IMG/VR virus record: IMGVR_UViG_3300002446_000114
Coordinates: 1,047-65,046 of that record
Reading direction: 5' to 3' (one strand)
DNA from: a virus
Length of the DNA stretch: 64,000 nucleotides
Under the pieces are notes generated by a model. That model saw only the letters and a program-made list of their open reading frames with translations, was not told the origin of the DNA and searched no databases. The position numbers were made by a program, and so were the translations under genes. Within the stretch, counting starts at the first letter, position 1. The number at the start of each line of letters is the position of its first letter. Positions 8,838 through 17,200 of this stretch are shown piece after piece.

Positions 8838-9547
8838 TGAGCTCGGTCCTCGTTAAAAGAAACAACCTGAGCATCACCTACAAGTTCAAAGGACTTGAGG
8901 ATGAGCTTGGGCTGGGCAAAAACATCATGAAGCGACTTAATGATGTTTACAAAAGAGAGATCGAGCCAGGTGGTAATCTTAACTCCTACAAGACAAAAGG
9001 TGGTAGGGCTCGGTTAAATCAGATTCTCAAGAATACAGGTGGAAGGCACACCAAGAAGAGACGACAAGAACTGATCTCGGCATATCAGTTAGCATGGAAG
9101 AGAGCTTACCAGCGAAATGTAAAAACAGCTAAGTCAGTTGGTATTGGATCTGACCCAGATTATCAGCGTCGCAAAAGAAGATGGAAGCAAAGGGGTAGAC
9201 GAGTTTGGGGGCGAAGGGTTAAGTATGAGACACCATTGCTTCTGACAGGTCACTTGAGGAAAAGTATCGCGACTGGATTTGCTGATGGTGGTAACAAGTA
9301 CCTTCGTTTGCCAAACATGCTTTTGTTCGGAGCCTATCGAGTGGACTTTAGATACTTCGATAAGCCGTGGAACTATGACAGTAGCAACTTCACATATGTT
9401 GAAAGGTTGATGCAGTTCTTAGAAGGTAAGGGTATGGATCCCGAAGAGTTCTTTGATTTTGAGCCAGAGATGTGGTCCCTAATCGCATCTAAGATGATGA
9501 AAATTATTCAGAAAGACTTCATTCCTAAAATGCAGCAGGAGTTCTAA
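8837..9547 (+). CDS. Neck/virion morphogenesis protein (Mu gpG/HK97 gp10-like)
   Basis: Highly basic, with PLLLTGHLRKSI (L-x-TG-x-LR-x-SI motif). Confidence 0.6.
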   Translation: MSSVLVKRNNLSITYKFKGLEDELGLGKNIMKRLNDVYKREIEPGGNLNSYKTKGGRARLNQILKNTGGRHTKKRRQELISAYQLAWKRAYQRNVKTAKSVGIGSDPDYQRRKRRWKQRGRRVWGRRVKYETPLLLTGHLRKSIATGFADGGNKYLRLPNMLLFGAYRVDFRYFDKPWNYDSSNFTYVERLMQFLEGKGMDPEEFFDFEPEMWSLIASKMMKIIQKDFIPKMQQEF

Positions 9548-10083
9548 TGGCTTGGATCGAAAAGTCTCAGTATCAAATTCAGACAGGTGAGGGGATATTT
9601 TCAGATGTTGAAGTTAACTTAATAGATATTATCAAGAGAGCTGTGGACAGTGATCATAGTCTTTATAGTCGGATTGGCTCATTTGATTATATCAGGATAA
9701 ATCCAGATGCTCTTTCTTCCGTTGATGTGCCAGCCTTCTATGTCTGGACAGACGGTAGTGAAGAGACCTCCGATTCAGCAGGTGGCTTGAGAGGTGACTC
9801 TATGAACGTCAAAGAGTCTATCTACTGCACAGTTAAATTCTTACATCATGGACCAGACATGATTGAACTTGCTAAAGACATGAAGTTCTTTGGCAATGTG
9901 GTTAAGCAGATCCTGAATGAGAATTTGAACCTAAATGATCTTATGAATCAAAAGGCGGATGTGAAAGGAATTGATTTCCTACCAACACCGATCCAAACTG
10001 GTGGCAAGGTGGTTCTAGCACAGGGCTTCACAATTCCTGTGATCTATAAGAGAACAAAGAAAAGCAAGCAATCACAGAGATAG
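9547..10083 (+). CDS. Tail terminator/completion protein
   Basis: 178 aa immediately before the tail tube gene. Assignment is mainly by synteny. Confidence 0.5.
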   Translation: MAWIEKSQYQIQTGEGIFSDVEVNLIDIIKRAVDSDHSLYSRIGSFDYIRINPDALSSVDVPAFYVWTDGSEETSDSAGGLRGDSMNVKESIYCTVKFLHHGPDMIELAKDMKFFGNVVKQILNENLNLNDLMNQKADVKGIDFLPTPIQTGGKVVLAQGFTIPVIYKRTKKSKQSQR

Positions 10084-10098
10084 CAATAGGAGAGTAAA

Positions 10099-11928
10099 AT
10101 GGGAGTTTCTACAGTACCATCAACAGGAGCGCGATCGTCTGTCACGCTCGGAGAAGAGATCATCTACGGTATCCCCGTTCAGCCAACTCATCGAATTGAA
10201 TTCACCTCTGAGTCTATCTCTGCAACTGAGAACCAGTTGATCAGTGCAGCTCTTCGCCCAGATCGTGGTCGTGGAAAGGTGTCGCGAGGATCGTTGGACA
10301 TTGGTGGTGATCTTAGTTACGAGATGACAACCAGTGGACTTGGCGTTCTTCTGAAGCAGGCCATGGGGGACTACATTCAAGTGCCCGCAGCTGATGGTGG
10401 TTTTCACGCTCGGCAGGCTCGTCCAGATGCTGTCGATCTTGCCGTAATTGGGGCAGGTGAATTTGCGGCGTCGCAGTCGATCGTTCTGACAGATGACACC
10501 ATTGCACAGTTCAGCACTGGTAAGCTAGCTGTCGTTTACAAGGACGCTACTTACCAATTGAACCTGGACGACAACGGCGCTCTTGGTTATGACTATGACG
10601 GTTTCAACACCCGAGTTGTGTCTCGAGTTACGGCGGTTGCAGATCCAGACACCACTCACTCGGGTGGAGTGACAGATGCAGTTGCAATTACACTGGCACC
10701 TGTACTTGGTTCAAATGGTACTCTTGTCAATCCAGTTCTGAACCCCAACGGAGGCGTTCTGCTGTATGGCCCGAACCGAACAGAGACGACCTACTTTGAG
10801 TCGCTTGATCTTGGAGGTGTACTTGGAACCAAGGTTTGGTTGAATCCAGCTGATACCCCATCCCTTGACCCTGCCAAGCCAGTTGTGGGGGACGTTGTCA
10901 TTGTCCTTCCTTGTTTCACTTTTGTCGGAGTTGTTCCGGCTGGTTTGGATCTTGGAACTGGTTATTGGTTGTACGAGTACGAGCCAACCGCTGGCGAATA
11001 CAATTTGGTCATGACACATCACATCGAACGCGGTCGAGCTCTCCCAGTGGGGATGACGGTCGAAGTAGATCGTGATGCGGCTGTTTTTGTTTACTCCGGT
11101 ATGAAGGTAAACAGTCTTACTGTTAACTTTGAGCAGAATGCCATTGTAACAGGAACAGCTTCTCTCCTTGGTCGAAACGAGTATACCATTACTCGTCTGA
11201 TGCAAGACGTCATTCCAGGAGCTGGCACAATCATCATTGAAGATGGAACTGCATTTGCTGCTAGCGGTCGAATCACCATTGGTGAGGAAACTGGCATGAC
11301 TTACAGTAGCAAGACGTTGAACCCAGATGGAACAACAACTCTTACGATGGCTGACACTAACGTTGCCAACGCAACAGCGATTCAGCGTTTGCATCTCAAG
11401 GGAGAGAACGTCGATCCTCGAACGACCACCGCAGTCGCCAGTCCAGTAGTTGGTATGAATAGCCCACTGACTGTATTTGAATCGGTTGCTTATATTGATG
11501 GATACTATGAAGAGGTTCTTTCAGGATCCATCACACTGAACAACAATTTGAATCCAGACAAGATGATGCTCGGTGACCGTGGTCGCGCTCAGTTGGTTGA
11601 GCAGCGAGCAGAGGTAGAAGCAAACCTCAGCCTCGAGTTCGATGATGGTAAGAACTACATCAAGTTCTTGAAGGGTATTCGCTTCGCACTCGAAGTCCGC
11701 TGCGTGTCTGAAGAGGAAGATTCTGAAATTGGAACCACTGGCATTCTTTCACAGGCATACTTCCTTTTGCCTCAGTGTCGTTACACTGGGACAACTCCGA
11801 ACGCGTCAGATGATAGCTATATCGTTCACGATATGCCTATCATTGTGGAGCCAAACGATATGTTCAACACCACTGACTACATCATCATCCTGGTCAATGG
11901 TTCTGAATATGACTGCGTAGCTCCTTGA
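10099..11928 (+). CDS. Major tail (tube) protein, Phage_tube_2-like, with two inserted domains
   Basis: LGEEIIYG...FTSESI...GGDLSYE...LLKQAMG, GMTVEVDR...YSGMKVNSLTVNF and GSITLNNNL...VEANLSLEFDD are siphovirus tube motifs. Followed by a terminator. Confidence 0.85.
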   Translation: MGVSTVPSTGARSSVTLGEEIIYGIPVQPTHRIEFTSESISATENQLISAALRPDRGRGKVSRGSLDIGGDLSYEMTTSGLGVLLKQAMGDYIQVPAADGGFHARQARPDAVDLAVIGAGEFAASQSIVLTDDTIAQFSTGKLAVVYKDATYQLNLDDNGALGYDYDGFNTRVVSRVTAVADPDTTHSGGVTDAVAITLAPVLGSNGTLVNPVLNPNGGVLLYGPNRTETTYFESLDLGGVLGTKVWLNPADTPSLDPAKPVVGDVVIVLPCFTFVGVVPAGLDLGTGYWLYEYEPTAGEYNLVMTHHIERGRALPVGMTVEVDRDAAVFVYSGMKVNSLTVNFEQNAIVTGTASLLGRNEYTITRLMQDVIPGAGTIIIEDGTAFAASGRITIGEETGMTYSSKTLNPDGTTTLTMADTNVANATAIQRLHLKGENVDPRTTTAVASPVVGMNSPLTVFESVAYIDGYYEEVLSGSITLNNNLNPDKMMLGDRGRAQLVEQRAEVEANLSLEFDDGKNYIKFLKGIRFALEVRCVSEEEDSEIGTTGILSQAYFLLPQCRYTGTTPNASDDSYIVHDMPIIVEPNDMFNTTDYIIILVNGSEYDCVAP

Positions 11929-11938
11929 GGCTAAGAAG

Positions 11939-11952
11939 TTAAGTCAACTTAA
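11939..11952. promoter_or_regulatory. 14-bp motif copy TTAAGTCAACTTAA, abutting the tail-tube terminator
   Basis: One mismatch; intergenic. Confidence 0.7.
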
Positions 11953-11977
11953 CCCCGCTTTTGCGGGGTTTTTTTTT
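11951..11977 (+). terminator. Rho-independent terminator after the tail tube gene
   Basis: AACCCCGC-TTTT-GCGGGGTT hairpin followed by a T run. Confidence 0.9.
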
Positions 11978-11986
11978 GGTAAGATC

Positions 11987-12613
11987 ATGACTAGAAAAAT
12001 AGATAGATACAATTGGGATGTCTTGATGAAGATATATCAAGATGAGTTCCCTGATGTTAAGTTCGCATACAAGCACGATCCTCCGAAGGGGGTAAGAGTT
12101 TTCTTTGTGCTCTGGTTCGTGAAGCTGGTTGGCTTCTTTGACTCAGCGTACTCAGTTTGGTTTCACACAAGAGTGGTTACGGTGGTAGGTGATTGGATTT
12201 TGTTTCCGCCATCTCATGACTGGACGCAGGAGGATCCTGACTACAGTACGTTTAAGATCCTGGTTCACGAACTCAGGCATCTAAGGCAGAGAAGAGATAA
12301 TCGTTTTTGGGAATTGAGATACCTTTTATTCCCGTTGCCTGCTATATGGACGGAGAGAGGATATCGCTGGGAGTTCGAGGCGTACAGTGACAGCATGTGG
12401 TGTGACATGTTTTTTGTGGGATTCTTATTGGTGCCAATTACTACCAGAGCGAATTCCTTCACCTCGAAAGATTACATCTGGATGTCTGGATTCACTAAGT
12501 CTGCAACCGACCGAGTTCGCGCTAATCTGGTTAACGTATTGGAGCTAATCAAAACGGGTAACTACAGCGCACCGTCGAGTGAGTTCATTAGCCCACTAGG
12601 TTCGAAGCTTTGA
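11987..12613 (+). CDS. HExxH zinc-metallopeptidase-like protein
   Basis: ILVHELRHLRQ with a downstream WEFEAY (possible third ligand Glu); several hydrophobic stretches. Confidence 0.6.
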   Translation: MTRKIDRYNWDVLMKIYQDEFPDVKFAYKHDPPKGVRVFFVLWFVKLVGFFDSAYSVWFHTRVVTVVGDWILFPPSHDWTQEDPDYSTFKILVHELRHLRQRRDNRFWELRYLLFPLPAIWTERGYRWEFEAYSDSMWCDMFFVGFLLVPITTRANSFTSKDYIWMSGFTKSATDRVRANLVNVLELIKTGNYSAPSSEFISPLGSKL

Positions 12614-12753
12614 ATATCTTGAGAATCATATTTCATCTACCAACCATGATTTACATGATGTGTTTAATCAAGGTAACACAATGGTTAGGCGGTAAGGTTA
12701 AAGCCGAGATAGATGACGATGTTTACACCTGGAGGATTTTTTTGTTTTTTTTG

Positions 12754-12781
12754 TTGACTAGAGAGGTCTTTCAGGTAAAAG
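12754..12781 (+). promoter_or_regulatory. Possible sigma70-type promoter upstream of the tail chaperone
   Basis: TTGACT, 16-bp spacer, TAAAAG, preceded by long T tracts. The -10 box is a weak match. Confidence 0.25.
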
Positions 12782-12822
12782 AAGAAGTCTCAGTCGGCTT
12801 AAACCAGTTATCAGGAGAGAAG

Positions 12823-13263
12823 ATGATTACAGTACGAACAGAAGAGAGCGTTGTTGACTTTATTCCAAAGCAGGAAAGGGAAACTGATAAGCCTACTACA
12901 TTGAAGTTTCGTCGCTTGTCGCGAGCTAAATTGGCTGAGATTCGCGATCGCATGATTGCTTTGAACCGTAAAGGTCGGGTGGAAGGTATCCGCAACGAAA
13001 GCGTAGTGGTTCATACTGTGACAGCTATGCTTGTTGGTTGGGAGAACGTTGTTGACGAGAACGGCAAGGCCGTTAAGTTTGACATCAAAGATCAGAAGAG
13101 TATGTATGACATGCTTCCTTCTGACATCCAGGAAGAAGTTGAGAAGATCTTCGGAGAGGGTTCTGTCAACTGGGAAGCTCGTGAAGCTAAGCTTGAGAAG
13201 GAAACAGCTGAAGACGCTTCTAATACTTTGAAAGAAACCGTTGAAGACGAACTTGATTTCTGA
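12823..13263 (+). CDS. Tail assembly chaperone 1 (start refined from 12610)
   Basis: RBS AGGAG precedes ATG 12823. LKFRRLS...LVGWENVVDENG..VKF...LP pattern of tail chaperones; lies upstream of the tape measure gene. Confidence 0.7.
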   Translation: MITVRTEESVVDFIPKQERETDKPTTLKFRRLSRAKLAEIRDRMIALNRKGRVEGIRNESVVVHTVTAMLVGWENVVDENGKAVKFDIKDQKSMYDMLPSDIQEEVEKIFGEGSVNWEAREAKLEKETAEDASNTLKETVEDELDF

Positions 13264-13268
13264 CCTTG

Positions 13269-13282
13269 TTAAGCTAGCTTAA
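13269..13282. promoter_or_regulatory. 14-bp motif copy TTAAGCTAGCTTAA (perfect palindrome), between the chaperone genes
   Basis: Exact match; intergenic. Confidence 0.8.
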
Positions 13283-13315
13283 TAAAGGGAATCAGGTTCT
13301 CTTTTGAATGGGAGC

Positions 13316-13345
13316 AATGGGAGCCATTGGCTCCCATTTTATTTT
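13316..13345 (+). terminator. Terminator-like hairpin between the two chaperone genes
   Basis: 10-bp stem AATGGGAGCC/GGCTCCCATT with a 3-nt loop, followed by TTATTTT. Confidence 0.55.
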
Positions 13346-13353
13346 GGAGTCAG

Positions 13354-14232
13354 ATGAGTTACTTTACCGAAGAGCTGGAGCTGGAGGGTGTCACTTTCTA
13401 CGTCAGGGGGCTCACTGTTAAAGAGTTCACTGAGCTGGCCATGGACAAGAAGTCCAAAACCAAGATTTCGTTTAACTATTCTTACTTCTACAAAGTCGCT
13501 ATGCGCACCATTGTTGGTTGGGACAATATGTTTTCACCTGACGAAGCTGGTGACACAGATTATTCTAAGCCAGTTCCATTCTCACCAGAACTTATTCAGC
13601 AACTCCCAGATCACATTCTTCTTGCGATTGGTAATCATGTCTATTCCAACCTCACGATTGTGTCTGACTTGGAAGAGAGTAAGTTGAGAGGCTATGTTAG
13701 GTTCGCCTTTTTTATGTCTGACAAGCCAGACTCCTTTAGAGAATCGTACTCGTGTGTAAGGTGTCTTAAGGAGAAGAAGAATGTTTCAAGGAAGTGTGGG
13801 CTCACCGAAGATGAGAAAGAGTTTTTGTCTTCGGTCGGCCAGGAAGAGGAAGGTGATGATGAAGGTAGAGACGTAAAGGATCAGGCTCCACAAATTGTAG
13901 CACCTAAGAAACAAGTCAAGAGATTAACTAAAGCGGCAACTCGATCTGTTGTTGAGCCAGAGATTGAAAGTAAGAGACTGACCATCAATATGGGTGGTTT
14001 CAATTTTCCTGAGTGTCCTGTAAGCTGGGTCGAGGATCACTTGAGAACAATAGGTGAACAGCTGTTTTTCTGTCACCAAAATAAGGTGTCTTATTTCTCT
14101 GGCGGGGTATCTGATCAGCTTTACAAGATCTACTCAATGGTGAAAATAGTAGGTGGAGAGACATCTGCTATTGAAAACGAAAGAATGAAAGAGTCTACTG
14201 GTTCCAACAGTCACAGCTCTAAGCGGAAATAG
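13354..14232 (+). CDS. Tail assembly chaperone 2 (paralogous N-domain plus Cys-containing gpT-like C-domain)
   Basis: RBS GGAG precedes ATG 13354. FYVRGLT...IVGWDNM...VPFSPELIQQLP resembles chaperone 1. The C-terminal part has CVRC, CG, CPV and GGVSDQ. Confidence 0.65.
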   Translation: MSYFTEELELEGVTFYVRGLTVKEFTELAMDKKSKTKISFNYSYFYKVAMRTIVGWDNMFSPDEAGDTDYSKPVPFSPELIQQLPDHILLAIGNHVYSNLTIVSDLEESKLRGYVRFAFFMSDKPDSFRESYSCVRCLKEKKNVSRKCGLTEDEKEFLSSVGQEEEGDDEGRDVKDQAPQIVAPKKQVKRLTKAATRSVVEPEIESKRLTINMGGFNFPECPVSWVEDHLRTIGEQLFFCHQNKVSYFSGGVSDQLYKIYSMVKIVGGETSAIENERMKESTGSNSHSSKRK

Positions 14233-14235
14233 ATA

Positions 14236-17200
14236 ATGTCAGATCAAGAATTAAAAGTTGGCGTCGTCTTTGAGTTCAAAGGAATCGATGACATTGAGCA
14301 GATTGGAGTGGCCGTTGAAAAAGCCATGAAGAGCGCGCTTGGTCAGTTCGGAGTTAAAGGCGGTGTCCTTGAAGTTCGAATGGCTAATGTTGATGAGTTC
14401 AAAGCAGCGATTGCTCAATTCAACAGCGTCGTCCAGGAACTGGCTAAGACCTTGCGAGATGCCAAGGTATCTGTGCAGCCAGCCGAAGGCTCGGACCGTC
14501 CTAAGAAGACAGGGGGTCAGTCGTCTGGTGCGCTTGGCCATCAGGGTCGAGCTCAGATCGATCTGGATATGAATCTTTCCTTTGATGAACTGGTAGACCA
14601 AGCGACCAAGATCGCATCAAGTCTGATGGCACCTCTCACACCTATCGAGAGGAAGCTCCTCAATATTAAAGAATTGTTTTACGGAATCGCCTCAGCAAAC
14701 ACTGAATTTGAGCAGAGCATCATTGCTACAAAGCTCTCAGTTAATTCGCTCGAGCAGTCTTTTTCGGGTTTTGAGAATAAGTTTCGTAACGCAATGGGCG
14801 GCGCAGGATCTATGATCCTGAAATCAGTTCAAGATGTAGACAATAAGTTTAAACTCTTTGGACAACGTGCCGTCGGTGGTATTTCAATTATTGATAAAAC
14901 GATGTCCGCCATGTTTCGTGGCAATCTTAACGAGATGGCAAAGTACCTTGTCTCTCTCGGCGCAGACATTGATAATCAGCTGGCCGAGGCGCAGGCTGAG
15001 TTTAACAAGGTCATGCAGAATCCCAAAATGGCCAGTCAGGAAAAAGATCTGGCTCAAGGTAGACTGGCAGCTGCTAAGGCCGCAGCTGAAAGGGGTAAAG
15101 CGACGCTCGATGCCTTGGCTCAAGATGTTGATCGTATGGATGGGATCATTCGTCGCCAGGAGGATCAGGCCAAAAGGCGTTCTCGTTTTGAACGGGATAG
15201 CGCCAATATTGAAAACAGGATTGCAGCTAATCTCCAGTCAGACTTTACCAAAGACATTGGCAACATCATTGGTGAAGGTGACTCAGCTAGTATCCGCGCG
15301 TTGACCGACAACTACGAAGGACTTGGTCGATCGCTTACGAATCAAATTAAGCAGGCCGAAAAACTTGGTGAGTCGATTCGATCTTCTCACCAGGAGGCAA
15401 ATGCGTCTATTTCCGAAACGCAGGTTGAGCTTCAGAGGTTACAATCTCAGTACAACAATGCGACGGACGACTCTGCCAGAATGGAATTGACAGCTAGAAT
15501 CTCAATGATGCAATCAGTCATTGATAATACAGAAGAGTACGCTCAGGCACTTGGCCTTGAGCAAAGAAGGATTGAAGAGAATATTGTCAGGCTTAAAGAT
15601 CGTAAGGTCATTGCCAATCAGATGCTGGAGACTCTTCGCCAGGAGCGAAGGGAGGCCGAGGAAGTTGCTAAGGCCAATGAGAACGCATTCAGAGGGGCTG
15701 TCAAGGCAAGGCGAGCTCTTGAGGTGGCAAGTGGAAATAACATCCTGGGAGCAGGACTGAGTCTACTAGATCCAAGTTCATTGACCGACCTTAAGGCTGC
15801 TGAGAACGCGCTGAGCAAACTAGACAGTGCAATTATCAAGGCAGAGGCATCCATTAAGCAGATGGAGTCTGCTTATTCTTCTCAGATGGACAAGATCTAT
15901 AGTAAGGCAAAGAACAGAGAAGGAGAGTTTAGTGTATTTGGGCCAGACGCTGACTTGGACGCAGAGCAGGCCGCTGCGTATGCCGACCTCATCGACAAGC
16001 AGGTGAATGGTCTTAACAAGAAGATGCAGCGCGAGGTTGAGAATAACGAGCTGCAAATTGCTAGTGCTAAATCCCTGAGAGCAATTTCTGGCCAGGCAGT
16101 TGAGACTTTCATTGCTCATGCCAAGTCAGTTCAAAATGTTAATAACGAACTGGATAAGCAGGTAGGTATTCAAGAGAAGCTGAAGCGAGCGAGAGCTAAC
16201 TTGGTTTCAGGAACCGCTCTACTTGCTACAGGTGAATCGGATTTGGGGTACGCTGAGGTCAAGCTTTCGGCAGATGCGTATCGATCCTTGAATCGTGAGA
16301 TAGAGAGTATCATCACTAAGATGGAAATCTATCAGGCCGAAGGTGGCGCTCTTACGGCAGATCAGCTTAAAACGATCCAGGTTCTTAAAGAATACCAGAG
16401 AGAGTCTCAGTCAACTGGAGCAGGTATCGATGTTGTTGTTTCAGCAATGAAACGTCAGATTGACACTCTGGACAGGCTAAGGGCCAAGGCAGCCGCTGCT
16501 CTTGAAAATCCAATGACACAGATTGGAGCCACAGGTCTTGGTCTCGACTACAAGGATGCCCAGGACGTTAAGGGTGTTAAGGATGCTATCTCAGCGACGC
16601 GATCGGAGTTGGCCCGCCTTAGTAATCAAAAGGTACAGATCGAAATTGAGTTTAAAGCTGACACTAGCAAGCTGAGGCAAGATCTCTCCTTGGGTGAGGG
16701 AATGTTCTCAGGCAAGTCGTCTCAAGAAGCGAACGCTATTTACGCCAATGTGATGGAGGAAAGAAGACGAGTCCATAACGATACATTGGATGACATTGCA
16801 CGATCTGAACATCGACTTGCAGATGCTCTCAAAAATACGGCTGGCAAGGCTAATCAGGACTTCCTCGAACTCGCTGAGGTGTTTCAGAAACTTGTTACCA
16901 ATGTAAGTAACAGCGAAGAGATGATTCGTCGATTTGGTAAATCATCTGCTCTGGCAATGAGAGCCCTTGACGCCAATCTGGTAAGCGACTTTGACTTTGG
17001 TCTGTCAGGTTTACAAACTGCAACAAGTGAGATGAGTCGCTACGCTGCCAACGCGCGAAGGATGGTTAGCGATCTCGAGATGGCCAAGTTAGAGGGGGTT
17101 GCTTTCGACAGCAGTCAAGAAGCCATCTATGAAGAGCTTATTCGAACAGAAGAAGCGGCAATTAGATTTTCGAATTCGATGGGCCAAATGTCTAAGGACA

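Noticed and set aside
10711-11394. 227-aa minus-strand ORF and the many other short antisense or alternate-frame ORFs in the track
   Set aside because: They lie wholly within well-supported + strand genes and have no RBS or recognisable motifs. They are shadow ORFs.
12610-12822. N-terminal 71-aa extension of tail chaperone 1 from TTG 12610
   Set aside because: It runs through T-homopolymer tracts, and a better RBS and ATG exist at 12823. It is more likely intergenic or a separate tiny ORF.
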